37,315 nucleotides of DNA from a virus. Its lineage: Duplodnaviria; Caudoviricetes. The notes under the pieces were generated by a model. The model made no database searches, was not told the DNA's origin, and saw only the letters and a program-made list of their open reading frames with translations. Numbering within the stretch: the first letter of the stretch is position 1; every line of letters begins with the position of its first letter. Both the position numbers and the translations under genes were made by a program. The stretch is from positions 1 through 37,315 of the IMG/VR virus record IMGVR_UViG_3300037461_001042. One strand, 5' to 3'. Of the stretch, positions 24,161 to 33,777 are shown in pieces.

Positions 24161-24704
24161 ATCAATCGTGGCGCAACTCGCGTTTTACTACCGCGAGCCT
24201 CTCTGCATCGAGCTTGACGGTCGTAAGACGCATAACCCGCGACTCGTCGAGATGGTGAAATTTCTCAAACAAAAATTTGTGCATGAAGAAAGCGCGGAAC
24301 GGTTCGCGGAGCGGGTGAAACAGAATTTTCATCCGACTTCTACCGTGCCGTTTCCGCTCGCGTCCGACCTCGTGAGGATCGAGAACATGGCGAACCCGCC
24401 GGATATTCCGGTGTATGTGTCGCAGCGGGAGGCCGAGAGCATACCGGAGGCGCTGGCGCTCGGGGCCGCGAATGTCGCGAAGGATTCGGAATCGCTCAAA
24501 AAGACGGACGAGGAGATCAAGGCGACGACCCTGCGGGAAATTTACGAGATGGGTGTGAATTACGCGATCCCGTTCGGGAGCGTCGTAAAAACCTACGGGG
24601 CGGGCCGGGTGTTCGAGGCGTTCAAAAAATATTATGACGAGGATAATCGTTCCGCACTGGTCCCGCGCAAGGGTGCGGAAAGAAGCGCCGCAATTTTCGG
24701 ATGA
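24150..24704 (+). CDS. Hypothetical protein in helicase-loader position
   Basis: AGGAG RBS; follows initiator. Confidence 0.6.
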   Translation: MTHESIVAQLAFYYREPLCIELDGRKTHNPRLVEMVKFLKQKFVHEESAERFAERVKQNFHPTSTVPFPLASDLVRIENMANPPDIPVYVSQREAESIPEALALGAANVAKDSESLKKTDEEIKATTLREIYEMGVNYAIPFGSVVKTYGAGRVFEAFKKYYDEDNRSALVPRKGAERSAAIFG

Positions 24705-24919
24705 ATGGCTTCAGGTGAGAGATGTGGAAAAATTATTGGGAAATGTGGGATTCATCGAAGAAAAAGAAAAAGAATGGGATATGGATTTCGGTTATGTCAC
24801 GATTCAGGAAATGACTGAAATGCCATTGGAAATAATTTTTGGAAATGATGAAAACCTATTTTATGACACATTGGCAAAAAATAGAATAAAAAAAATGATA
24901 ATCTGAGACGTGAGAAGGG

Positions 24920-25345
24920 ATGACTGGAAAACGTGAAAATATAAAGCAATTGATAAGGCAGTTTATCGCCGCTCAGGACGGAAGCGATCTGGCTATCGAC
25001 GGCCTTATCACCGGGATCCTGCAAGTCGTGAAATATCACAAGCGGTCCCTCTGGCAGAACAGTTATTACCACGGCGTCATCGTGCGGATCCTCGCTGATC
25101 ATTTCGGCTACTCTCCGGAGGAGATGCATGAGGCGCTCAAGTTCAAGTTTCTCCGCATCGAGCGGCCTGGGAAGCCGACGACGGTCCGATCCACGGCTGA
25201 CGAGAATTTCACCAGGGCCGACGCGGAAAATTATTATTCACAGATCAGGACATGGGCGTCGCGGGAGTTCGGAATATACATCCCGCTGCCCAGGGAGACT
25301 GGATATGATGATCACAAAAGCGATGCAGACGCTCAAAGGCGGTAA
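24920..25345 (+). CDS. NinB-like recombination protein
   Basis: KRSLWQNSYYHGV...EEMHEALK...ST...IPLP. Confidence 0.65.
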   Translation: MTGKRENIKQLIRQFIAAQDGSDLAIDGLITGILQVVKYHKRSLWQNSYYHGVIVRILADHFGYSPEEMHEALKFKFLRIERPGKPTTVRSTADENFTRADAENYYSQIRTWASREFGIYIPLPRETGYDDHKSDADAQRR

Positions 25346-25700
25346 AAAGGATGCGCTTATTGACAGGGCCGACGCTGTGTTCTCGCTCTATGTGCGCCGG
25401 CGCGACGGGTTCCGCTGCTTCACCTGCGGACGGATCGGATCCGAGGGCGACGGCGTGATGCAGTGCGGGCACCTGATCACCAGGGCGAAAGAGGTGGTGA
25501 GGTTCGACGAGCTCAATGCTCACTGTCAGTGCGATCCGTGCAACGAAAGGCACGAGCATCATCCCGAAGTGTACATCTTTAAGTTCATGCAGCGCTACGG
25601 ACGTGATGTATATGCAGACCTTGTAAAGCGATCGTGGGGAAAGAAAAAAATTACGAACAGCGACATCAGGGAAATTATAAAAAAATACGAGGTGATGTGA
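25305..25700 (+). CDS. NinG/Rap-family endonuclease
   Basis: VFSLYVRRRD..CFTCG..CGHLITR..RFDELNAHCQCDPCN. Confidence 0.85.
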   Translation: MMITKAMQTLKGGKKDALIDRADAVFSLYVRRRDGFRCFTCGRIGSEGDGVMQCGHLITRAKEVVRFDELNAHCQCDPCNERHEHHPEVYIFKFMQRYGRDVYADLVKRSWGKKKITNSDIREIIKKYEVM

Positions 25701-26350
25701 TGATCAGGTTCAGCGAGATCAGAATGGTTGATATAGGGAGGCTCAGGGAAAACGTCGCGAACAAGAAGTTTTTCGGACTCGAGACGAAGCAGTATTTCGA
25801 CAATCTTTCTGACGATATCGCGAAGCATGGGATCAAGGTCCCCCTGGTCGCGAAGAAAGACGGCACGCTGCTGGCCGGGCATAACCGGCTTTTCATCGCG
25901 AAATCTCTCGAGCTGAAAAAAGTACCGGTGCAATATGTCCTGAACAAACTCACGCCGAACGAAGAGACGGAGTATATCATCAAGGACAACCTTCTCCGCC
26001 GTCATCTGCGGCCGGCGGAGCGTGAGGCATTATATAAAAAGCTCTATAAGAACTTCGACCAGCGGGTCATGGTTCCCGGCAAGCTCGGCCTAAGTGCGAG
26101 GAAGATCGCCGAGGACACCGGCCTGAATCCCACGACTATCGGTTATGACATCAGCCGGATCAAGCACAAGATGCGGAAAGAGGCGAAAGAGATGTCAGAG
26201 ATCGATGTCTTGAATGAAAAGGCCGTTTCTGAATTCAGCAGGTCGGTCACGAAGATGATAAACTGGGCAATCGTCGAAAAATCTGCGACAATATCGCAAT
26301 TCATAACGATCACTGAGTCTGCGTTAGAGCGGCTCTATAAAATTCAATAG
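25700..26350 (+). CDS. ParB/Srx N-terminal domain protein with HTH
   Basis: LSDDIAKHGIKVPLV...LLAGHNRL...DNLLRRHL. Confidence 0.82.
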   Translation: MIRFSEIRMVDIGRLRENVANKKFFGLETKQYFDNLSDDIAKHGIKVPLVAKKDGTLLAGHNRLFIAKSLELKKVPVQYVLNKLTPNEETEYIIKDNLLRRHLRPAEREALYKKLYKNFDQRVMVPGKLGLSARKIAEDTGLNPTTIGYDISRIKHKMRKEAKEMSEIDVLNEKAVSEFSRSVTKMINWAIVEKSATISQFITITESALERLYKIQ

Positions 26351-26359
26351 GGGGATCCC

Positions 26360-26527
26360 ATGAATATTTTCATGAATGTGATTTTCATGGTCGTTGGGTT
26401 TCTTGGACTCGTGTTCTGCGCCTGGGTCTTGTGGATGGACTATTCATCCAGGAGCATGAGCGTTCGGGAGCAGATCAAGAGAGATAACGAAAAGAAACTG
26501 AGAGAGCGAATGAGGAGGGCGGGGTGA
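26360..26527 (+). CDS. Small single-TM protein
   Basis: MNIFMNVIFMVVGFLGLVFCAWVLW... Confidence 0.55.
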   Translation: MNIFMNVIFMVVGFLGLVFCAWVLWMDYSSRSMSVREQIKRDNEKKLRERMRRAG

Positions 26528-26721
26528 CGGAAACAGATAAAGCAATGGATCTGCGGGAGCGGCTGCGGCCGGCGATGGAGCGTATCGAGGAGCAGCGGAG
26601 GACCGGGATATATCCGCCGATATCCCGGAGGACCTGGGAAATTATCAAGATCATCTTCGCCGGCGATCAGATACTCGATGCCATGGAGCAGGAATTCGGA
26701 GAAATGAGGAGGGCGGGGTGA
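26524..26721 (+). CDS. Hypothetical protein
   Basis: GTGA-coupled; bounded by 19-bp direct repeats. Confidence 0.55.
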   Translation: MTETDKAMDLRERLRPAMERIEEQRRTGIYPPISRRTWEIIKIIFAGDQILDAMEQEFGEMRRAG

Positions 26722-26885
26722 TGGGATATATGAATATTTATTTTTCAGACAACGACAAAAAGACAGTGACGCTTGAACTTCTCAAGAGGCTGCGCGCGAA
26801 GACCTGGCTCACGAATCCCGACCTGGTTCATTTCGCGGTTTTGAATTTATCGAAAAGGTATGACGAGAGGGGGAATCTGGTATGA
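26721..26885 (+). CDS. 54-aa protein, possibly ribbon-helix-helix
   Basis: MGYMNIYFSDNDKKTVTLELLKRLRAKTWLTNPDLVHFAVLNL; coupled at both ends. Confidence 0.45.
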   Translation: MGYMNIYFSDNDKKTVTLELLKRLRAKTWLTNPDLVHFAVLNLSKRYDERGNLV

Positions 26886-27018
26886 TTGAGATAACTGAGC
26901 AGGACAAAAAAATTTTCGAGGATTGTGGATATGATTCATGCAACGGTCCTTGTAATGTGAAAAGAGTGGAGATCTGTCGGGAGATTATCAAAAAAAATTA
27001 CGAGGAAAGGAGCGGTTC

Positions 27019-28893
27019 ATGAAAGCGATTTTCATCACTACGAGAAGTCAAAACACACGATATCCGGGTAAGTCGTTCAAGCAATTTAATTATGGATTCA
27101 AAAGCAAGAATTCGACTGACCTTATAATCGACATCGCGAAGAAATCGAAGCACGCGGAGCGGATCATCTTCTGCGTGCCTGACAATCCGGCGGATCGTGT
27201 TTTCCAGACGATCGCGATCAATAACGATTGCGATTTTTTCGCCGGAAGCGAACCGGACAAGATCGACCGATATCGCCGGTGCTGCGAATTCTACGGCGTC
27301 GAGTTTTTTGTCAATATCGACGGCGACGATCCTTTCACGAGCCCGGAACTGATTGACCTGGCCTTTGAGCAGTACGAACGGACCGGGGCGGATTACATCT
27401 ACCAGAAGGACCTGATCATCGGCTCCTTTACCCATGGGGTAAAATACCAGGCATTGAAAACAATCTGCAAAATAAAAGAAACATACGACACCGAGATGAT
27501 TCATCGGTACTTTCTCGACACTGGCCTTTTCAGATGCGAGGAGCTGCAAAACGTGCCTGAAGTCTACAGGGACCCGGCGAAGAAGTGGCGCTTTACATTC
27601 GACTATCGTGAGGATTTTGAATTTTTCAATCATCTGGTGCAGCGCGACATCCTGACGATCCCGGACGCACGGGCCTGGTCGCCCGAATCGTGCAAGATCA
27701 ACAATTTTCGAAATAAGGAATTCCACGAGAAACAGGCGAGGACGTCTCACCTCAAAATCAAGAACCCGCCGAAGCACATCGGGAACGAGCTGGAATATCT
27801 CGAAAAGGTACTCAATTCAGAGAACTGGGCGGCGACGTCCGGCAGCTGGAATAATGAACTCGAAAAGAGGTTCGCCGAAACGTTCGGCGCGAAATATGCC
27901 GTCGCCATGAACTCGGGCACTGCTACTCTGCACGCGGCGCTCGTCGCCCTGGGGGTTGGGCCCGGCGATGAAGTCATCACGCCGGCGCTCACGGTGTTCA
28001 TGGACACTTCGGCGATCATTCACGCCGGCGCGAAACCGGTCTATGCCGATATCGACAGAGACACCTGGATAATCGATCCCATGGATATCGAGGCGAAAAT
28101 CACGCCGCGGACGAAGGCGATCATCGCGGTAGGGTTATACGGCCTTGAGGTCCCGCAGTCTGTTTTCAATGTCGCGAGAAAGTACAATATCCCTGTCATC
28201 GAGGACAATGCCCAGGCATTTAACAAGTCATTCCGCGGCGAGATTGCGTCGTATTCGTTCGAGAACACGAAGCATATTTCATGCGGCGAGGGCGGGATTA
28301 TCATTACCAACGATGAGAAGCTCGCTGAGATTTGCCGGAAGGTGGCCGGGCATGGATTCAAGAATCTGAAAGCCGACGAGGGCCGGATTCGGCTCAACCA
28401 GGACGTATTCCAGGACCCTGATTACAAGCGGCACGATATGATCGGCTGGAATTACCGGATGCCTGAATTCAACGCGGCGATCGCCCTGGCGCAGCTCGAA
28501 CGGCTCGACCAGCTCGTCGAGATGAGGCAGAGGGTCGCAAAATTATTCATCGATGTGATCGATGATTGTCATTTTATGGATGACCAATTAAGGATGCAAT
28601 CAAGCAGGCATTCATACTATACTCTCGGTGCACTATTTTTCCATCGGCATGTTTCTTGGGGGGAATTTCGAAGGAAATATATCGAACTCGGGGGCGATGG
28701 GATTTATGCGGCCTGGTCTGTGCCATATCTGGAACCGGCGTTTCGGAAATGTTCTTATCTTGTCGAACGCCATTGTCCCGTGGCGGAAAAATTGCAGCCG
28801 CGCCTTATGCAGTTCAAAACGAATTATCGGTCGATGGCGATCGCCGAGGAAAAGGCTGAGGCGTTGAGGAGGACGATAAAGTTTTATGCGTGA
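27019..28893 (+). CDS. Fusion of SpsF/KdsB-like cytidylyltransferase and DegT/DnrJ/EryC1/StrS aminotransferase
   Basis: N-terminal TTRSQNTRYPGK, GSEPDKIDRY, IDGDDPF; C-terminal MNSGTATLHAAL, GPGDEVI, IEDNAQA, YSFENTKHISCGEGG, GWNYRM. Confidence 0.9.
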   Translation: MKAIFITTRSQNTRYPGKSFKQFNYGFKSKNSTDLIIDIAKKSKHAERIIFCVPDNPADRVFQTIAINNDCDFFAGSEPDKIDRYRRCCEFYGVEFFVNIDGDDPFTSPELIDLAFEQYERTGADYIYQKDLIIGSFTHGVKYQALKTICKIKETYDTEMIHRYFLDTGLFRCEELQNVPEVYRDPAKKWRFTFDYREDFEFFNHLVQRDILTIPDARAWSPESCKINNFRNKEFHEKQARTSHLKIKNPPKHIGNELEYLEKVLNSENWAATSGSWNNELEKRFAETFGAKYAVAMNSGTATLHAALVALGVGPGDEVITPALTVFMDTSAIIHAGAKPVYADIDRDTWIIDPMDIEAKITPRTKAIIAVGLYGLEVPQSVFNVARKYNIPVIEDNAQAFNKSFRGEIASYSFENTKHISCGEGGIIITNDEKLAEICRKVAGHGFKNLKADEGRIRLNQDVFQDPDYKRHDMIGWNYRMPEFNAAIALAQLERLDQLVEMRQRVAKLFIDVIDDCHFMDDQLRMQSSRHSYYTLGALFFHRHVSWGEFRRKYIELGGDGIYAAWSVPYLEPAFRKCSYLVERHCPVAEKLQPRLMQFKTNYRSMAIAEEKAEALRRTIKFYA

Positions 28894-29347
28894 TTTATTG
28901 ATTCAGCTCGGGATATCAAACGAAAGCTCGATCAGGCCGACACATGTTTCGGCGCGTGACAACAGGAATATCAATATCCTGCATTGTGAAAAGTCAGGCG
29001 TCTACCTGGTCGATCGGATCGCGCCTTGCAATGTCCCCGCCGACAGCCAGGCTGACACCTACGACGAGGATCGACGGCGTGTTTCGTTCATATGTCAAAA
29101 TTTTAGTATCAAAGGCAAAATGCTCGATTTCGGATGCGGTTCTGGCGGTTTCGTTCATCTCATGAAAAATGAGGATGTCGATTGCAATGACTTTCTTTTG
29201 CATTTCGATGTATGCCGGAAATATATTTTTCAGGCCGATCACCTGCTGTTGCATACCAGGACAAGTCTGAGGGGACGAGTTGATCCAAAATGTGTGTATT
29301 GCGATTTAAAATATTTGATAGAAAAAGTGCGAGCGCATTTTGTTTAA
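28886..29347 (+). pseudogene. Truncated class I SAM-dependent methyltransferase
   Basis: MLDFGCGSGGF motif I, but only 153 aa and the rest of the fold appears to be missing. Confidence 0.55.
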
Positions 29348-29396
29348 CTAACGTAGGCACGCGCCGTTTCAATGGCGTGTGCCGTGTGTTAGGCGA
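29346..29396 (+). mobile_element. attC-like palindromic site
   Basis: CTAAC-gta-GGCACGCGCCG..TGGCGTGTGCC-gtgt-GTTAGGC. Confidence 0.5.
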
Positions 29397-29422
29397 TGAC
29401 GCGCCGATAAAGGGAGGAAAAT

Positions 29423-29764
29423 ATGGAACGCAATGAAATTTACGAAGTACTTCAATTTTGTGAAGAACATGGATTACATTTTTCCTTTGCACGATCTGAT
29501 GGAGTTGTTTGGATATCAACAGAAGATGTTGTGAATTGTATTTTTGATCCAATTGGTTTTGCGGCTGAAAAAAACGGAGTTTCTCGTGAATTGTATATTG
29601 AATATAAACGATGGTATGATGAACAAGGGCCATGTTCGGGAATAACAATCAAAGGAAAGCCATGTAAGGCAGGATGTCGTTTGGTAACAATGCAGGATTA
29701 TATTCCAGGAGAAAGTGATTTATGCAGATTGCATAAAGGACAAGCTCGGCGCGTTTTCGCCTAA
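29423..29764 (+). CDS. Cassette-like hypothetical protein with Cys/His motif
   Basis: GGAGG RBS; CSGITIKGKPC...LCRLH; stop codon lies in GCCTAAC. Confidence 0.7.
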   Translation: MERNEIYEVLQFCEEHGLHFSFARSDGVVWISTEDVVNCIFDPIGFAAEKNGVSRELYIEYKRWYDEQGPCSGITIKGKPCKAGCRLVTMQDYIPGESDLCRLHKGQARRVFA

Positions 29765-29833
29765 CAGTTCGCACGCGAAGTATTTCGCTTTTTGTTCTGA
29801 ATATGAATTTTAAATGAAATAGGTATTTCAAAA

Positions 29834-30514
29834 ATGTCAAAAATCATCATAACAGGATCCCGCGGACTCATCGGGAAGGAAGTCGTGAAATATTTCAGGT
29901 ATAAAAAACATAAAGTTATCGAAATCGATAAAGTGCTCGGGCATGATCTGGAGGATGAAAATTTTATTGATAATTTTTTCTGGAATCATAAAGCCGATTA
30001 TCTTATCAATCTTGCTGGAAAAAATGATCATGTAAGCATATACAAGGAAAATCAAAATTTATTCGGTGTTGAAACTGAATCATTTCGCGAGTACATGGAG
30101 CAAAATGTCACGATTCTTTTTAATGTCTGTCGGATGTTTTTGCATAATAATCCTCATGGTGCTATCGTGAATTTCGGATCATTGTATTCCATGAGATCGC
30201 CGCGTCCGGAATTGTCGAGGAATAAACATCCCGGGTATACTGCGTCGAAGCACGCGGTTATCGGGCTCACCAGGCATCTCGCAGCATATTGTCCAGAGTA
30301 TTGTCCGGATGCGCGGATAAATTGCGTCTGCTGCGGCGGCGTCGAGGCTGATCAGTCCGATGAGTTCAAGGAGAAATATTCTGACTATGTTCCCGCCGGA
30401 CGCATGATGCATCAAAGTGATCTTTTTGGTCTGCTGGAATATCTTTGCAGCGAGGAGTCAAAATACATGACGGGCTCGGTCATCACGATCGATGGAGGTT
30501 ATACCGCGGTATGA
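29834..30514 (+). CDS. SDR oxidoreductase (PtmA-like)
   Basis: TGSRGLIG, NLAG, GSLY, YTASK, YMTGSVITIDGGYTA. Confidence 0.9.
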   Translation: MSKIIITGSRGLIGKEVVKYFRYKKHKVIEIDKVLGHDLEDENFIDNFFWNHKADYLINLAGKNDHVSIYKENQNLFGVETESFREYMEQNVTILFNVCRMFLHNNPHGAIVNFGSLYSMRSPRPELSRNKHPGYTASKHAVIGLTRHLAAYCPEYCPDARINCVCCGGVEADQSDEFKEKYSDYVPAGRMMHQSDLFGLLEYLCSEESKYMTGSVITIDGGYTAV

Positions 30515-30693
30515 TCGAGCTGACACCGAGAGAAAAAGAGATGCTTCATTTTATGAAACAATACTGTCTTCAAAATGGCTGCCCTCCATCCAGTCGGACG
30601 CTCGCGCACAAGTTTTTTATATCTCATCAAGCCGCATATCATCATTTTTTATCAATCACCAATAAACTCATTATCGAAAAAATCCTCGAATAA
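30511..30693 (+). CDS. Second LexA-like DNA-binding-domain-only protein
   Basis: LTPREKEMLHFMKQYCLQNGCPPSSRTLA. Confidence 0.65.
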   Translation: MIELTPREKEMLHFMKQYCLQNGCPPSSRTLAHKFFISHQAAYHHFLSITNKLIIEKILE

Positions 30694-30770
30694 ATTTACA
30701 CTGTCAACTATTCAACAAGTTAGTTTTGTGCATAGTCTTGATTTATAATCAGATCAAGGCTATATCATTA

Positions 30771-31319
30771 TTGAAAATAGACATCTCAATAACAGGCATT
30801 GAGGACGTTCTCAAGACGTTATCCGTGCCCCTGCAGCGAAAGATTGCAGTCTCCACTATCAACAAGGTGGCGTCCGCGGTCAATACTCAACTCAAGCGCG
30901 AATTCTCGCAGGCGTATACCATATCACAGAAAGACATAAAGGCGCGTGAACTGCTTGTAATCAAGAAAGCGAATCAGTTCAACGTGTTCGCTCAGATCAT
31001 CGGCAGGGTGCGCGGCACCTGGCTATACAGTCATCCTGGTGTCAAGCAGACTGAACAGGGTGTTGTTGCCAGGGTACGCAAAGGAAGTACGAGTCTATAC
31101 AAGCACGCCTTTATCACAACAACGAGGAAGGGTGTGACTGGTGTATGGACAAGAGTAGGAAAAGAGAGAATGCCCATCACTCCTTTGTATGGTGTGAACT
31201 TTGGGCTGTTGCTGAAATCTAAATGGGTCATGAACATCATTGATCGTATATATGCCGAGCGCCTTGTGAATACTTTCAATCATGAATTCGATTGGTATAC
31301 TGGCAAGGTCGCTGCATGA
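30771..31319 (+). CDS. Lambda gpZ-like minor tail/completion protein
   Basis: STINKVA...YKHAFI...GVWTRVGKERMPITPLYG; start uncertain. Confidence 0.65.
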   Translation: MKIDISITGIEDVLKTLSVPLQRKIAVSTINKVASAVNTQLKREFSQAYTISQKDIKARELLVIKKANQFNVFAQIIGRVRGTWLYSHPGVKQTEQGVVARVRKGSTSLYKHAFITTTRKGVTGVWTRVGKERMPITPLYGVNFGLLLKSKWVMNIIDRIYAERLVNTFNHEFDWYTGKVAA

Positions 31320-31344
31320 AAGAACACATAACAACAGTAGTAAA

Positions 31345-31400
31345 AGGTACTGGGAAGACCTTGTTACATGCGGGTGACGGGGCTCGCGTGATTTTCTCTC
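31345..31400 (+). other. Putative lambda-like cos region
   Basis: AGGTACT (cosQ-like) ... TTACATGCGGGTGACGGGGCTCGCGTGATTTTC resembles lambda cosN; directly upstream of terS. Confidence 0.5.
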
Positions 31401-31436
31401 ATTCTCGCTGCCTCGTAGAGTTGGCATGAAGGGACG

Positions 31437-31952
31437 ATGGGCGAAATAGTAAACAAGACAAAACTCAGCAAAGTCGTCGGGAGGACAACTCAGGCGATCG
31501 ATAAGTGGGAAAAAGAGGGGTTGCCGGTCGAGCAGAAGAGCGGAAAGGGCCGGCCGAACAAGTATGACACGGAAAAAGTGATCGATTGGCTGATAAATAA
31601 CCGGGCCGGGAACATCGATTATAATCGGGAACGGGCTCGGCTCACGAAATTACAGGCGGACCGGCAGGAGGTCGAGCTTCAGATCATTGAGAAGGAGCTT
31701 CTGAAGGCCGACGAGGTTGCTTCGGAGTGGAGTAAACTCCTGAGCGACGTGAAAAATCGGTTTCTTTCGCTCCCGTCCAGGGCCACAGCCCTGCTGCAGG
31801 GGGTAGAGACTCCGAACGAAACGAAAAAGATTCTCGATAATTTGACCAGGGAGATTTTGCAGGATCTTGCAAACTACAATCAGGGAAACGATCTCAAAGG
31901 CCGTCCGGGTGTTAAATCCGCCCCCGCTGCTGAAGATAAGCGAGTGGGCTGA
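31437..31952 (+). CDS. Terminase small subunit (Nu1-like)
   Basis: N-terminal wHTH IDKWEKEGLP..YDTEKVIDW; ERARLTKLQAD. Confidence 0.9.
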   Translation: MGEIVNKTKLSKVVGRTTQAIDKWEKEGLPVEQKSGKGRPNKYDTEKVIDWLINNRAGNIDYNRERARLTKLQADRQEVELQIIEKELLKADEVASEWSKLLSDVKNRFLSLPSRATALLQGVETPNETKKILDNLTREILQDLANYNQGNDLKGRPGVKSAPAAEDKRVG

Positions 31953-33777
31953 CTTTAACAGGCGCCTTTCGCGGGAAGCGAGCGCCGAGCCTGGCGGATG
32001 GGACACATCGAGGGCCGAATACCAGCGCGGCATCATGGACGCGGTGTGCGATGACAGTATCGAGTCTGTCGTTGTCATGTCGTCGGCTCAGGTCGGCAAA
32101 ACCGAAATCGAGTTGAATATCATCGGGTACTATATCGACCAGGACCCATCGCCGATCCTCGTCGTCTATCCTACGGAAACGATGGCAAAAGCATTCTCAG
32201 AGGACCGTCTCGCAACAATGCTCCGCGATACTCCGTGTCTTCAGGGGAAGGTGAAAGATCCTCGGGCGAGAGATTCCAAAAATACGAAGCTCCACAAAAT
32301 GTTCCCCGGCGGACATATCACCATGGTCGGCGCGAATTCTCCGTCGAACCTCGCGAGCAGGCCGATCCGGATTGTGCTGTTTGATGAGGTGGACCGGTTC
32401 CCTGTTTCGGCCGGCGGCTCCGAGGGCGAGGGCGACGTCATCACCCTGGCGACGAAGCGCTCGCAGACTTTTTTTAACCGTAAGACGATTATGGTGTCCA
32501 CTCCGACAATCAAGGATCTTTCGAGGATAGAACTTGCGTATGAGGCGAGCGATCAGCGGAAGTTTTTTGTCCCGTGCGGGCACTGCGGCGAGTACCAGGT
32601 CCTCAGATGGGCGAATGTGCACTGGGAGAAAGACGATCAGGGCGAACACAAGCCTGAGACCGCGGCGTATGTCTGTGAACACTGCGGTGTGATATGGTCA
32701 GAGAAAGAGCGGCATGTCCAGGTGAAGAAAGGTGAGTGGCGTGCGACGAAGGAATTTACGGGAGTGGCAGGGTTCAATCTCAACGAACTTTATTCCCCCT
32801 GGTCTTCACTTGCAAGGATCGTCAAGAACTTCATCGAGGCGAAGAAGACTCCCGAGCTCCTGAAAGCATTCGTCAATACCTCTCTCGGTGAGACCTGGGA
32901 AGAAGCCGGAGAGCACATCGATGACGGCGGGCTCATTTCACGGCGTGAGGAATATCAGAAGGTCCCGGCCGGCGTTGGTGTGCTCGTGGCGTCGGCTGAC
33001 ATCCAGGCGGACCGCATCGAGAGCCTGGTCGTCGGCGTCGGCGTTGATTCCGAGGTATGGGGAATCGAGCACAAGGTTTTTTACGGCGATCCCGCGCTGC
33101 CGGCGGTGTGGGAGTCTCTGAAAGAATATCTGAATACACGTTTTGAGCATGAGAGCGGCCAGAAGGTCCCGATCGCGTGCGCCTGCATCGACTCAGGCGA
33201 TCATACTCAAGATGTGTACCGGTTCGTCCGGTCCCATCAGGGGAGGCGTATCTACGCGATTAAAGGGTCAAGTCAACTTTCCAACGCCTCCCGGCCGATT
33301 GTCGGTATGCCGTCAAGGGGTAACGTGCAGCATGTCACGGTTTTCCCGATCGCGACGGACACCGCGAAGGATATATTGTTTTCACGGCTCAAGGTTCAGA
33401 CTCCGGGGCCCGCATACATCCACTTCAACTACAGTTTCAGTGAGGATTTTTTCGACCAGCTCAGCGCCGAGAAGCGGGTGGTGAAATATTACAAGGGGTT
33501 CCCGCGGCGCGAGTATGTGAAGATCAAGAAACGGAACGAGGCGATCGACCTTTTCGTGTACTGCCTGGCTGCGTATGAGATTCTGAACGTGCAGAACATC
33601 AAGAGGCGCGTCGAGGCGCTCGCCGTGAAGCCGGCCGCCGCGAATGAAGTCAAGCAGGGACCTGTTCCGCAAAGAGACATAACACAGGAAATGTTGAAGG
33701 AACAGAAGAACAGGATTACATCGAAAAGGCCGGGTCGGAACTGGGTCACGGGAGGGATCGGGCAATGGAAAATATAA
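31867..33777 (+). CDS. Terminase large subunit, lambda GpA family
   Basis: SAQVGKTE Walker A, LFDEVD Walker B, STPT, ADIQ, CIDSG, RNEAIDL. Confidence 0.96.
   Translation: MQTTIRETISKAVRVLNPPPLLKISEWADFNRRLSREASAEPGGWDTSRAEYQRGIMDAVCDDSIESVVVMSSAQVGKTEIELNIIGYYIDQDPSPILVVYPTETMAKAFSEDRLATMLRDTPCLQGKVKDPRARDSKNTKLHKMFPGGHITMVGANSPSNLASRPIRIVLFDEVDRFPVSAGGSEGEGDVITLATKRSQTFFNRKTIMVSTPTIKDLSRIELAYEASDQRKFFVPCGHCGEYQVLRWANVHWEKDDQGEHKPETAAYVCEHCGVIWSEKERHVQVKKGEWRATKEFTGVAGFNLNELYSPWSSLARIVKNFIEAKKTPELLKAFVNTSLGETWEEAGEHIDDGGLISRREEYQKVPAGVGVLVASADIQADRIESLVVGVGVDSEVWGIEHKVFYGDPALPAVWESLKEYLNTRFEHESGQKVPIACACIDSGDHTQDVYRFVRSHQGRRIYAIKGSSQLSNASRPIVGMPSRGNVQHVTVFPIATDTAKDILFSRLKVQTPGPAYIHFNYSFSEDFFDQLSAEKRVVKYYKGFPRREYVKIKKRNEAIDLFVYCLAAYEILNVQNIKRRVEALAVKPAAANEVKQGPVPQRDITQEMLKEQKNRITSKRPGRNWVTGGIGQWKI

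Noticed and set aside
24634-24906. 90-aa ORF as listed
   Set aside because: Overlaps the upstream gene and has no clear RBS. A shorter ORF may exist but its start cannot be supported.
25700-26350. Plasmid-prophage partition system
   Set aside because: No ParA ATPase was seen, and an integrase is present. Lone ParB-N proteins are common in phage nin regions.
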